DNA of 48,660 nt, from assembly GCA_035715145.1 (NCBI GenBank), contig DASTLH010000036.1, positions 1 to 48,660 on the forward strand, read 5' to 3'. Shown one piece after another: positions 32,791 to 41,874 of the stretch. The position numbers were made by a program, and so were the translations under genes. Within the stretch, counting starts at the first letter, position 1. Each line of letters begins with the position of its first letter. Source of the stretch: Patescibacteria group bacterium (GTDB lineage: Bacteria > Patescibacteriota > Microgenomatia > Levybacterales > UBA12049). The notes beneath the pieces are model-generated. The model did no database searches. It saw only the letters and a program-made list of their open reading frames with translations, and was not told the DNA's origin.

Positions 32791-34302
32791 TTATTTGTAT
32801 TTTGTCTGAATGAAATTGAGGGGAACTCCATTTCTTTGAATCATGTGAACTAAATTATTGTATCCGGGATTAGGGAGGTTTGGTCTATTGATGCAGTAAT
32901 AGACTGTTGCCAACGCATCGTCAATTATTACGTGGGGAGCAAGATATGGCTGAGCAAGCATATGGACACAGGGTTTAATATAGGTATTGCCATCTTTGGA
33001 AGCAAACTGTTTTTGGTGTATATTAATCCATTCTGTGGCTTCTTTAAAGCTTTCTCCCCAGTAGTCAAGTTCATACTTATTATACGTACCTCTTGTTCCA
33101 CCAACTAGCTCATTAAAATAGGTATATTCGTAGGGGTGAAGCTTTATCATAGAAATTAAGGGCAATGCTATTCCTATAGCAATAACCCCCCAAAAATAAA
33201 CATGAAGTTTTTTGGGTATCAGAAGAATAGTTTGCCATAATCCTACAATGGCAATAACGCTCATCGGAGCATATAAAAAGAGGAAGTGTCGCCATGCATC
33301 ATAAAGAGTTGGATGGGTAACAATAACAACAAAAAGGGGAAACCAAAAAAGTATTAGAAGATAGAGATAGGGGAGTGAATTTTTTTTGAGAAGAATCAGG
33401 ACATTTCCTAAGGCAAAAAGACCAAGCATAATAAGTGGTGTCGTGACTACCATATAGAATGGCAAATAAAACCAAGGAAGTGCTTCTGAAGAGTAAAGTT
33501 TTCCATTAAGTAAAACAGGCAACACTTCAGGGAATTTTTTTGAATCAAGCAACATATTTTTTATGCCAAATATAGGATGAGTGAGAAGGTATGGTTGAAA
33601 TAGATGAAGCGCTAAAAGATAGAAAACACCCAGAATGATTTGATGAAACAAAACCGTTGAGATCTTTTTTTTCTCTATCCATAGCTCCTGAATAAAGGCA
33701 AACAATGCAAAAAATGGATATGCATAAATTTGGACAACTCGTAGGCTTGCTTTTATTCCAAAGAGTACTCCTAAAAGAATGAGAAACCAGAGGTTTCGTT
33801 TGCCGGCAAAGAATTTAAATGAAAGATAAATACATATAAGCATGATATATAAAGGTGCAATATCTTTACTGTTGGTAAACATATCTCCATAAAATCTTGG
33901 GAGGGTAAGAAGCAGAGCTGTTCCTGTAATTGCCAAAGATGTTTTCTTCGTAATATCCAAAGCAATAAGGTATATAAAAATGACTCCTGTGACAGAAAAC
34001 AATGCAATAATGAGGTGATAAAAATTAGTTGAAGGATTATGTGCGGCTGAGGTGATAAGTGCTCTGACTATTTCTATTACCGGGCCTCGGGTAAGGTAAA
34101 ATGCCGGCTGAGGATAAAAAGAAAAATATGAGGTGTCTTTTCCAAAGCTCGCATAGTAGCTGAGTGCGTGATCACCCATGGCAATTGTGTCTTCTTCGTC
34201 CCAGGTTTTACCATACTGAGAGTAGGTAGAAAAAATTAAGATAATGAGCCCCAAGACAATGAGAAAGAGAGGCCGATACTGTTTGAAAATACGTGCTATC
34301 AC
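32791..34302 (-). CDS. GT-C fold glycosyltransferase (ArnT/PMT-like), second copy
   Basis: Polytopic, 503 aa. The first loop, GKTWDEEDTIAMGDHAL, is the acidic motif. GTG start. Confidence 0.6.
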   Translation of the reverse strand: MIARIFKQYRPLFLIVLGLIILIFSTYSQYGKTWDEEDTIAMGDHALSYYASFGKDTSYFSFYPQPAFYLTRGPVIEIVRALITSAAHNPSTNFYHLIIALFSVTGVIFIYLIALDITKKTSLAITGTALLLTLPRFYGDMFTNSKDIAPLYIMLICIYLSFKFFAGKRNLWFLILLGVLFGIKASLRVVQIYAYPFFALFAFIQELWIEKKKISTVLFHQIILGVFYLLALHLFQPYLLTHPIFGIKNMLLDSKKFPEVLPVLLNGKLYSSEALPWFYLPFYMVVTTPLIMLGLFALGNVLILLKKNSLPYLYLLILFWFPLFVVIVTHPTLYDAWRHFLFLYAPMSVIAIVGLWQTILLIPKKLHVYFWGVIAIGIALPLISMIKLHPYEYTYFNELVGGTRGTYNKYELDYWGESFKEATEWINIHQKQFASKDGNTYIKPCVHMLAQPYLAPHVIIDDALATVYYCINRPNLPNPGYNNLVHMIQRNGVPLNFIQTKYK

Positions 34303-34389
34303 AAAATAAATTTAGATGAACACTTATTAGTATAAGTATCATTTTTTATAAGAGCAATAGGTGTGGCTAACTTGGCCTTGAGATACCTC

Positions 34390-34417
34390 TTGACAAGGGT
34401 TTTTCTCCTGCTATGAT
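34390..34417 (+). promoter_or_regulatory. promoter TTGACA-16-TGcTATGAT, 6 nt upstream of ATG 34424
   Basis: TTGACA at 34390-34395, TG at 34409-34410, TATGAT at 34412-34417. Confidence 0.6.
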
Positions 34418-34423
34418 AGAGGC

Positions 34424-35059
34424 ATGAATATGAAAGTTGCAGTAATTGTTGGTGTAGTTATTCTTGCTCTTCTTGGCGTAAGTGGTTATTTTCTTCTCTC
34501 TCATAATGCGACTAAATCTCTTGTTAATCCAACTCAGAGTGAAAAGCCTAAAGAAGCTTCTGTGTTTAATTCCATTCAAGACGCCCTCACTAAATCCCTT
34601 AGTCTTAAATGTGATTACACAACTGGAACCATGCACAATGTTGCCTACATTAAAAATGGACAAGTGAGAAGTGATTTTTCTGATTCAAAAGACCAATCTC
34701 AATCAGGGAGTGTTATTGTGAAAGTTTCAGATAAAAAAGTGTATTTCTGGAATGCTCAGAAAATGGGATTTGTTTTTGCAATGCCTGATATTTCAAAAAT
34801 AACTCCTGGGGCAACCTCAGCTGGGTCACCATCAGGGTCCCAAAATAGCGCACAAAATATGGTAGGAGACTTAGAACAATACAAAAAATATTGCCAGAGT
34901 GCAACAGTTGATGACAGCTTGTTTGTTGTTCCAACAGATGTAAAATTTACAGACCAATCTGAAATGATGAAAGCATTTACCACTGGAGCTCCAGCTGGCG
35001 GTTCTCCTGGTTCTAACGCACAAAATTACCAGCAATATCTTCAACAGTATCAAAAGTAG
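34424..35059 (+). CDS. membrane-anchored secreted hypothetical protein
   Basis: N-terminal TM anchor, a Ser/Gly-rich linker and a Gln-rich tail. No catalytic motif. Confidence 0.65.
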   Translation: MNMKVAVIVGVVILALLGVSGYFLLSHNATKSLVNPTQSEKPKEASVFNSIQDALTKSLSLKCDYTTGTMHNVAYIKNGQVRSDFSDSKDQSQSGSVIVKVSDKKVYFWNAQKMGFVFAMPDISKITPGATSAGSPSGSQNSAQNMVGDLEQYKKYCQSATVDDSLFVVPTDVKFTDQSEMMKAFTTGAPAGGSPGSNAQNYQQYLQQYQK

Positions 35060-35153
35060 TTTCCTCTCAAAATCAGTAATTCTTACCAAATTCTTATTGT
35101 TTTTCCTTTTCTAATATGGTTCTATGGGATGGTAAAAGAAAGGAGGTGAGAAT

Positions 35154-35843
35154 ATGAAAAAACTTATTTTAGGACTTTCTACCATTGCAATTGTGATTGC
35201 TGTTTTAGTATCCTACTCCGCACACGCATTTGCTGATGATAGACCAAGTCCTTCTCAGGATAGAGATGATCATGCAAGCAGTAGATTTAATCCAGATGGG
35301 CAATTATCACAATCATCTTGTGGTAAGGATTTAGAAAAACCTGTTATTGATGTTACTCAAAAAGTACAAAACGATGCAGATTCAGGACAGGCTGGTAATT
35401 ACTGGGCATTTGATTATTACACACGACATATTAAAGTGTGGACAACCAAATCTGAAGAGGGGAATACCTACTGTGCAATTGTTACCTATGATGGTAAATT
35501 TTACACAGTTCCCGGACAAATCGGGCCAGGAAATGATCCAGTAGGTGCTGTGATAGATTCTTCTACAAATCAACCAGTAAATGGTGACATGAGTGGAGGA
35601 CGAAGAGCAACCATTGTTGGAACTCTTCTTACAACGCCATCATGGCCTACACACGGAAGTGTTGGAACAACAAATTACCAATGTAATATCAGTGGTAATT
35701 GTCCAGGAGTTATTTCTTGGGCAGGGCAATATTTTGCTCAAGGATATAGCAATACTGATGTCTGGTGGGGATGGAAATATACCGCCGGAAGTCATGGAAC
35801 ATGGATTAATGCAATTACTGGAAATTCAGGGAACATTCTCTAA
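35154..35843 (+). CDS. secreted protein of the NDxDSG...GNSG family (paralog 2)
   Basis: Signal peptide. VQNDADSGQAGNYWAFD, TYCA, YQCNISGNCPG, WWGWKY, GTWINAITGNSGNIL. Strong SD AGGAGGTGA. Confidence 0.75.
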   Translation: MKKLILGLSTIAIVIAVLVSYSAHAFADDRPSPSQDRDDHASSRFNPDGQLSQSSCGKDLEKPVIDVTQKVQNDADSGQAGNYWAFDYYTRHIKVWTTKSEEGNTYCAIVTYDGKFYTVPGQIGPGNDPVGAVIDSSTNQPVNGDMSGGRRATIVGTLLTTPSWPTHGSVGTTNYQCNISGNCPGVISWAGQYFAQGYSNTDVWWGWKYTAGSHGTWINAITGNSGNIL

Positions 35844-35857
35844 ATTTTCTTTATAAA

Positions 35858-35893
35858 AACAACCCAAGGGAGTAATTCTTTGGGTTGTTTTAT
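35858..35893 (+). terminator. intrinsic terminator
   Basis: Perfect 10-bp stem AACAACCCAA/TTGGGTTGTT (35858-35867 pairs with 35880-35889), followed by TTAT. Confidence 0.6.
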
Positions 35894-35947
35894 CATTACA
35901 AATGACTCAGTATCTGTGATACACAGCACAGTTTTTGGGTTTTATTT

Positions 35948-35956
35948 TGATAGTAT
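35948..35956 (+). promoter_or_regulatory. extended -10 (TGaTAGTAT) 6 nt upstream of the VKOR ATG
   Basis: TAGTAT at 35951-35956, ATG at 35963. Confidence 0.45.
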
Positions 35957-35962
35957 GAAATA

Positions 35963-36376
35963 ATGAATCGGATTTTTTTTGCTATCAGGCTTTTAGCTTT
36001 TGTGGGAATTGGTCTTGCTCTTTTCTTGTTGTGGGAGAGATATTTCCACCCGGCATTTCAACCGTGCAACATTAATTCTCACATTAACTGCGATGCAATT
36101 ATTTCAGGTCCTGTCTCAACTGTTTTGGGGGTTCCAACCTCATTGATAGGTCTTTTGGGATATATTGGTATTTTGACTGCTGCAATTTTTGAGAAGAAAA
36201 AATGGATTGTCGGATTTGCAACCGGTGGCCTTTTGTTTTGTCTGTGGATTGCTTTTAGAGAACTAATACAGCTTCATGTTGTTTGTCCTGTCTGTATTCT
36301 CTGCCAGATAGATATGATTACCGTTTTTATTCTTTCAGTTTGGCTTCTAACGAAATCTTCCAAAACACCTTCCTGA
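35963..36376 (+). CDS. vitamin K epoxide reductase (VKOR) family protein
   Basis: Four helices, a loop Cys pair (CNINSHINC) and an active-site CxxC in the last helix (CPVCILC). Confidence 0.7.
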   Translation: MNRIFFAIRLLAFVGIGLALFLLWERYFHPAFQPCNINSHINCDAIISGPVSTVLGVPTSLIGLLGYIGILTAAIFEKKKWIVGFATGGLLFCLWIAFRELIQLHVVCPVCILCQIDMITVFILSVWLLTKSSKTPS

Positions 36377-36415
36377 TTTGCAATTTAAAAAATTGACTAC
36401 TATCATTAAGAAGGT

Positions 36416-37621
36416 ATGTTTAAATTATTTACCGCATTCTTCATGGGTTTGACAACGCTTCTTTCTGGAGTAACTCCTCACAGCACTGCAACTCCAGCAA
36501 CCAATCAACAGATAGTTCTTTCACAGCAAGAAATACGCGCCATGGCATCAGATAGATTTGCAGATGGTAATCTTCCCTTAGGAGATAATAAATATACTAC
36601 AACTACAGCTAAAAAAGGATACATTTATTTGTGTCACGCGAAGTCAAATGCAAATGGGGGAGGGGCGCAAAAAACAGGAAGCTGGATTCATGGTAGTACG
36701 TGGAATATCAAAGATAAAATTTTTGTTACGGGAAATGTGATGTGGAAGAATGCGACGTTTGCAGATAGTTTGACCGATGGGACAAGAACCCTTTCAGGAG
36801 ATGATGTACCAAGTCATACTACTGGAAATTTTCCGATTCAATCCTCAGACCCGGCATACCAGTATGATAGAAATCCAAATTCCATAAAAGCTCAGTCATT
36901 TTCTGATACATTTCCTGCTGTTCCAACATACTCTGACACGCCATATTGTATGGGTGGAGAAGCTGGAATTATGCTAACTGGCGTTGCACTCTTTAATGGG
37001 TTTGATGCCGGTTTGAGAGATGCTGCTGCCTATGAGGTGCAGGATAGTTGTCAGGGACACCCCCAGGTGAGTGGAGAATATCATTATCATAGCTTGAGTA
37101 GTTGTATTACTGACGTAAGTGAGACAACTGTTATTGGTTTTGCGTTAGACGGGTTTCCTATTACTGGTCCAAAAGTTACCGATACAACATACCTCACAAC
37201 TGATGATTTAGACGAATGCCACGGCATTACCAGTGAAATCATGCTAGATGGGAAAAAAACTACAATCTATCATTATGTGATGACAGAAGATTTTCCTTAT
37301 TCTGTAAGCTGTTTTAGAGGGAAGCCTGTAAGTTTGCAGGTGGAAAATGTGCAGCAGGGAAAAGTTCAAAATAGTCCTGTGCCATCAACAACTCAAGGAC
37401 AGGCAAGAATGATTCCGTTAGGACAGCCACCAAGTGTTTTGGCAAAAACAGCTTGTGTGAATAAAACGCAGGGAGCCTCCTGCAGTTTCTCTGTGGCAAA
37501 TGGAACAATTACTGGAACCTGTCAGACTCCGCCAGCTCAGAACTTTCTTGCCTGTGTTCCAGCAGGAGCAAAAGGGGGTATTCCTCAAGGGCAGGGGGCT
37601 ATGCCGCCCGTGGGATATTAA
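36416..37621 (+). CDS. secreted YHYH-domain protein
   Basis: Signal peptide, GEYHYHS motif, DECHG motif, and a Cys-rich C-terminal tail. SD AAGAAGG. Confidence 0.6.
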   Translation: MFKLFTAFFMGLTTLLSGVTPHSTATPATNQQIVLSQQEIRAMASDRFADGNLPLGDNKYTTTTAKKGYIYLCHAKSNANGGGAQKTGSWIHGSTWNIKDKIFVTGNVMWKNATFADSLTDGTRTLSGDDVPSHTTGNFPIQSSDPAYQYDRNPNSIKAQSFSDTFPAVPTYSDTPYCMGGEAGIMLTGVALFNGFDAGLRDAAAYEVQDSCQGHPQVSGEYHYHSLSSCITDVSETTVIGFALDGFPITGPKVTDTTYLTTDDLDECHGITSEIMLDGKKTTIYHYVMTEDFPYSVSCFRGKPVSLQVENVQQGKVQNSPVPSTTQGQARMIPLGQPPSVLAKTACVNKTQGASCSFSVANGTITGTCQTPPAQNFLACVPAGAKGGIPQGQGAMPPVGY

Positions 37622-37644
37622 GAGGAGTAGTAAGGGGGTGAAAA

Positions 37645-37845
37645 ATGATTACATACACATTTACGTGTCCACTTGAAAAATGTGGGCAGATTATGACAAA
37701 TCATGAAGTAAATTCAGATAAAGCAGTTAAAGATTTGGTTATGCAGGCAAAGGCACATCTTCAGGTAGTTCATCCAGATATCCACAAAACAGATGAAGAA
37801 ATAGATGCTGATATCCGCGCTCACATGGTCGTTGTAGAGAGTTAG
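37645..37845 (+). CDS. small DUF1059-like protein (66 aa)
   Basis: MITYTFTCP..KCGQIM N-terminus and H....H pattern. SD GGGGGTGA lies 5 nt upstream. Confidence 0.55.
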   Translation: MITYTFTCPLEKCGQIMTNHEVNSDKAVKDLVMQAKAHLQVVHPDIHKTDEEIDADIRAHMVVVES

Positions 37846-37852
37846 ACTTCTT

Positions 37853-37890
37853 CCTCAACAAAAAACAGGCGATAGAGTCTACCGCCTGTT
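37853..37890. terminator. bidirectional terminator between convergent genes
   Basis: 8-bp stem AACAGGCG/CGCCTGTT (37864-37871 pairs with 37883-37890), preceded by an A-run. That A-run reads as a T-run on the minus strand, downstream of gene 37902-38564. Confidence 0.55.
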
Positions 37891-37901
37891 AATTGCATGG
37901 T

Positions 37902-38564
37902 TTAAATAATATCTCCGGAATTTCCGGTGATTGCATTTACCCAAATATGATGACCGTTTCTATAGGTCCACCCCCACCAGGGCATGGAAAATGTAAAGCC
38001 TGCTGCACTTGTATTGAAATATTTTGTCGTCCAATCAAATGATCCAGGACAATTGCCATTAACATCACACTTGTAATCAGTTGTTCCAATAGAGCCTTTT
38101 GTTGGAAGGGAAGGAGACGATAATAATGCTCCTGTAATATCTGCTCGATATCCTCCTTCAAATTCTCCTTTTTCAGTTCCTGTCAAAACGCCAGTATTCC
38201 CAGGACTTCTTTGACCTGCGATTGCTGCAAATTTTCCTTCATACTTTACGGTTGCGCAGTATGTTCCTTTTTCTCCTTTCCAGACTTGGATACGTCTTTC
38301 AATAGTATCGTATGCCCAGTAATTGCCGGCTTCGCCGCTGTCTGCGTCATTGAGAATTTTTTGAGTAACATTGATAACAGGATTTCCTTTGGCATTACAC
38401 TCTTTTCTTACCAATTGTTTTTGAGCTTCACTTTTTGCTTTTTCTGCTTCTGAGCGGGTACTGATAAACCCAAAACCTAAAATAACTACCAAAACAGAAA
38501 GAGTAACAATAAGAAGATGAAGATGTGTATGTGAATGAGATGATTGCTTTGTCTTTTTTGCCAT
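37902..38564 (-). CDS. secreted protein of the NDxDSG...GNSG family (paralog 3)
   Basis: TM anchor. ILNDADSGEAGNYWAYD, TYCA, YKCDVNGNCPG, WWGWTY, IWVNAITGNSGDII. SD GAGGGGGTGA. Confidence 0.75.
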   Translation of the reverse strand: MAKKTKQSSHSHTHLHLLIVTLSVLVVILGFGFISTRSEAEKAKSEAQKQLVRKECNAKGNPVINVTQKILNDADSGEAGNYWAYDTIERRIQVWKGEKGTYCATVKYEGKFAAIAGQRSPGNTGVLTGTEKGEFEGGYRADITGALLSSPSLPTKGSIGTTDYKCDVNGNCPGSFDWTTKYFNTSAAGFTFSMPWWGWTYRNGHHIWVNAITGNSGDII

Positions 38565-38668
38565 AATTTTTCACCCCCTCTCAGAATAAGTTATATTTTT
38601 AGCGTAAAGAATCCATAAATAAAAAGCAATAGAGCTTACGTAATAGAGAAAACAAACTAAAAATAAAA

Positions 38669-38688
38669 TTAATGATAATTATCATTAA
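38669..38688. promoter_or_regulatory. perfect 20-bp palindrome TTAATGATAATTATCATTAA (candidate operator) in the divergent region upstream of glnA
   Basis: Self-complementary over all 20 nt. It lies 34 nt upstream of the TATAAT at 38722-38727, which is 7 nt before the glnA ATG. Confidence 0.5.
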
Positions 38689-38734
38689 AAATGCTTGACA
38701 AATAATATAATGCGTTGTTAGTATAATAAAAGTT

Positions 38735-40171
38735 ATGGATAATATTTCAAATCTAAGAAATTTCCTAGAAATTCCATACGATGAGTTAGAAGAAAAAAAT
38801 CTTCAGGCAAAAGAGAAGTACACTACTGTTGCTCCCGAGAAATTAGAAGCAGAATATAGAGCTTACTTAGAAAAAGAAAAGCGCATTAAAGCTGTTACTC
38901 TTTGTTTTTCAGATATTGAAGGAAAATTTCATATGCTGGATTATGATAAGAAATTTTTATTGTCCTCATCAGATAATTTGACATTTGACGGGTCATCGGT
39001 AAGAGGGTTTACTCAGCAAAGTGAATCAGATTTACGACTAGATATTGATTGGGGAAGTATTATGTGGCTTCCCTCAGATCTTTTTGGACCAGGGAAAGTT
39101 ATTATGTTTGCAAATGTCTATACAAGAGATAAAAAACAGTATGAGTCTGATTTTCGCGGGCTTTTACAAAAATATACAAGAGAATTGAAAACAAAAGATA
39201 ATCTTACGGCAAACGCTTCTGCAGAAATAGAAGGATTTTTAGTAGATGGGGTAAATGTGGAGCAAGCGTACGATGAGAAGTTTGGCTTTACGCTGATTTC
39301 CACTGGTGGATATTATCATTCGCTTCCTATGGATAAGCTTCGCCAATTTATTGATGCATGTGCTGAGGCACAAAGAGCAATGGGTTTTAAGAATGAAAAA
39401 GATCATCCAGAAGTTGCTCCAAGTCAATTTGAAATGAACTTTTCATATACAGATGTCGTACGGGCGGCAGATCAAATTCAGTTATATAAATTAGTATGTC
39501 GTCAGGTTGCCAATAAAATGGGTATGACAGCAACATTTCTTCCAAAACCCATGATGGGTATTAATGGAAGTGGTATGCATACAAATTTTTCTCTTTCTAA
39601 AGCAGGGAAAAATATTTTCTACGATAAAAAAGGAAAAGAAAGTCTTTCACCAATAGCTTGGGATTTTATCTCAAAACTTCTCAATCATGCTCCGGAAATT
39701 TGTCTCATTATTAATTCAAGTGTGAATGCATACAGGCGTCTTGATCCGCATTTTGAAGCACCAAATCAGATTAAAGTTTCACCAATTGATAGGGGATCGA
39801 TGATACGAATTCCCGTAGGTAATGAAAAATCTGCACGCATCGAAATTAGATCTGTTGCTCCTGATACCAACCCTTATTTATGGTTGTATGTTCTTATAAA
39901 AACTGGCATGTCAGGCCAAAAGCTTAAAAGAGATGAAAGTAAAAGAGACAGGTTGCGTTTTTTACCCTCTACCATTAGTGATGCATTAAAATATTTCAAA
40001 GCAAGTGATTTTATTGGGAAAATTATAGGAGAGGTAAGCCAAGAAAAGTTTGCCTATTTTAAAGAACTTGCTGCTCATAGGAGCCCTAAAGAATTAGGAA
40101 CCAGAGTTAAAAATTCAGAAGTTATTTATCATCATGAGGTTACAAATCAAGCCCTGTGGAATACTTTCTAA
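38735..40171 (+). CDS. glnA: glutamine synthetase
   Basis: FDGSSVRGF, ATFLPKPM.G.NGSGMHTNFSL, and NAYRRL...EAP motifs. Confidence 0.9.
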   Translation: MDNISNLRNFLEIPYDELEEKNLQAKEKYTTVAPEKLEAEYRAYLEKEKRIKAVTLCFSDIEGKFHMLDYDKKFLLSSSDNLTFDGSSVRGFTQQSESDLRLDIDWGSIMWLPSDLFGPGKVIMFANVYTRDKKQYESDFRGLLQKYTRELKTKDNLTANASAEIEGFLVDGVNVEQAYDEKFGFTLISTGGYYHSLPMDKLRQFIDACAEAQRAMGFKNEKDHPEVAPSQFEMNFSYTDVVRAADQIQLYKLVCRQVANKMGMTATFLPKPMMGINGSGMHTNFSLSKAGKNIFYDKKGKESLSPIAWDFISKLLNHAPEICLIINSSVNAYRRLDPHFEAPNQIKVSPIDRGSMIRIPVGNEKSARIEIRSVAPDTNPYLWLYVLIKTGMSGQKLKRDESKRDRLRFLPSTISDALKYFKASDFIGKIIGEVSQEKFAYFKELAAHRSPKELGTRVKNSEVIYHHEVTNQALWNTF

Positions 40172-40235
40172 ATCCTACGTGACTTTTATCACTGAATTCT
40201 TACGCAAAATACTCCAAAATTGATTTATCATACAT

Positions 40236-40661
40236 ATGATGCAGAATGCTTATTTAGTGCTTCTCGTTGATAGAAAACATTCAAAAATGATTATGCTCAG
40301 AGAAGGTTCTGTGCAAGAACAAGAGGAGTTTACTTCCTCTAATATCCCTCAAAGAGTAAGGCACGGTGATGATACCTGGGACGCTCAAGATAAAATTGAC
40401 CGTCATATTCAAGATCACATTTCCAAACATCTCATTCACATGGGGAAAAGCGCCAAGATATTTGCTGACAAAAATCACGCAACAGCAGTTATTATTGGTG
40501 GTCATCAAACTTTTTTTCCTCAGATAAAAAAACATTTGCCCAAAGACATTTCTGAAAAAGTGAAAGGGACATTTATTATTGATTTCAAAGCTCCTTTTAA
40601 TGACATTTTAGAGAGAGCCAACAAACTTATTGCCACAATTGAAAATCCTCAGTTGTCATAG
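40236..40661 (+). CDS. eRF1-fold 'host attachment'/baeRF-like protein
   Basis: 141 aa. Has the LVLLVDRKHSKM N-terminal strand, a RH....D.....D..I..H motif, and AVIIGGHQTFFPQIKKHL. This is a pattern-level resemblance only. Start is ATG 40236 or 40239. Confidence 0.35.
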   Translation: MMQNAYLVLLVDRKHSKMIMLREGSVQEQEEFTSSNIPQRVRHGDDTWDAQDKIDRHIQDHISKHLIHMGKSAKIFADKNHATAVIIGGHQTFFPQIKKHLPKDISEKVKGTFIIDFKAPFNDILERANKLIATIENPQLS

Positions 40662-40690
40662 ATACTCCTTATCAGATATAATTAACTCCC

Positions 40691-41872
40691 ATGCACAAAA
40701 ACCGCAACCTTGTTATTATCGCGCTTATTGCTCTTGTTAACATGCTTGGCTATGGCATTGTGATTCCTATTTTGTATTCGTATTCCAAAAAATTTGGTCT
40801 ATCAGATTTACAAAATGGACTTTTATTTGCCTCTTTTTCCATTTGCCAATTTCTTTCAACACCAATTATTGGAAGACTATCAGATAAATATGGCAGGCGA
40901 CCAATGCTTTTACTTTCTATTATCGGGACCGCAATCTCTTTTTTCATGATGGCATTTGCGCCTAATGCTATTGTTGTTTTTGCGGCTCGAATGCTTGATG
41001 GGTTAACAGCCGGAAATATTCCTGTTGCGTTTGCTGTGATTTCTGACTCAACGACACAGGAAGAGAGACCACGGGCATTTGGTTTTATTGGTGCAGCATT
41101 TAGCTTTGGATTTGTGTTTGGTCCGGCAATTTCTGCATTAACTGTTGGATTTGGCAGTGGCGTTCCATTTCTCATTGCCGGCATTATTACGCTTATTGCT
41201 GTTGTAATGACTGCATTGTATTTACCTGAAACCAACACTCACATGGGAGAAGTCCACAATGCGAAATTATTTGATTTTGCACGCTTGTGGCACACGTTAT
41301 TTGATCCAAATGTCGGGGTGACATTTCTTATTTCGTTAATTTATTTTATGGCATTTTCCTGTGCAATTATTTTTGGTTATCAGCCATTTACTTTGAAAAT
41401 ACTCCACGTAACTCAATCTCAAAATGCATTACTTTTTACCATGTTTGGTGCAGTTGGACTTATTGCACAGACTTTTCTTATCCAGTGGTTCTCTAAAATC
41501 TTTGGAGTAAAAAAAGCATTCTCTTTGGGAATAATTTTTACGGCACTCACATTTTTAGCAATGTATTTTTCTCACGCAATCTTGCCATTTGTTATTGCAT
41601 CAATAGTGTTGGGTGTTGTTAATAGTACTGTTCAGACTCTTTTGCCTACCATTTTGTCTCAGGAAGCAGATGCTAAATCACAGGGTTCTATCATGGGGTT
41701 GAATGCGTCTTATCAGAGTATTGGCATGATAGTTGGGCCAATAATGGGGGGCGTAATAGCAACATATTCCATTCCGTTGCCATTTTTGGTGGGAAGTATT
41801 TTAGTGGCTGTGTGTTATTTTCTTTCGTTTAAGGTTATGAAACCTGGGGTTAGTCCTGAATCTGCTTTCTAA
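40691..41872 (+). CDS. MFS transporter (drug:H+ antiporter-like)
   Basis: 12 helices, with the MFS loop motif GRLSDKYGRRPML. TATAAT (40677-40682) lies 8 nt before the ATG. Confidence 0.85.
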   Translation: MHKNRNLVIIALIALVNMLGYGIVIPILYSYSKKFGLSDLQNGLLFASFSICQFLSTPIIGRLSDKYGRRPMLLLSIIGTAISFFMMAFAPNAIVVFAARMLDGLTAGNIPVAFAVISDSTTQEERPRAFGFIGAAFSFGFVFGPAISALTVGFGSGVPFLIAGIITLIAVVMTALYLPETNTHMGEVHNAKLFDFARLWHTLFDPNVGVTFLISLIYFMAFSCAIIFGYQPFTLKILHVTQSQNALLFTMFGAVGLIAQTFLIQWFSKIFGVKKAFSLGIIFTALTFLAMYFSHAILPFVIASIVLGVVNSTVQTLLPTILSQEADAKSQGSIMGLNASYQSIGMIVGPIMGGVIATYSIPLPFLVGSILVAVCYFLSFKVMKPGVSPESAF

Positions 41873-41874
41873 AA

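Noticed and set aside
38695-38727. TTGACA (38695-38700) paired with TATAAT (38722-38727) as the glnA promoter
   Set aside because: The spacer is 21 nt, too long for a sigma70-type promoter. I kept only the -10 element as plausible.
40750-41238. 162-aa minus-strand ORF
   Set aside because: It lies entirely inside the well-supported MFS transporter gene and is a shadow frame.
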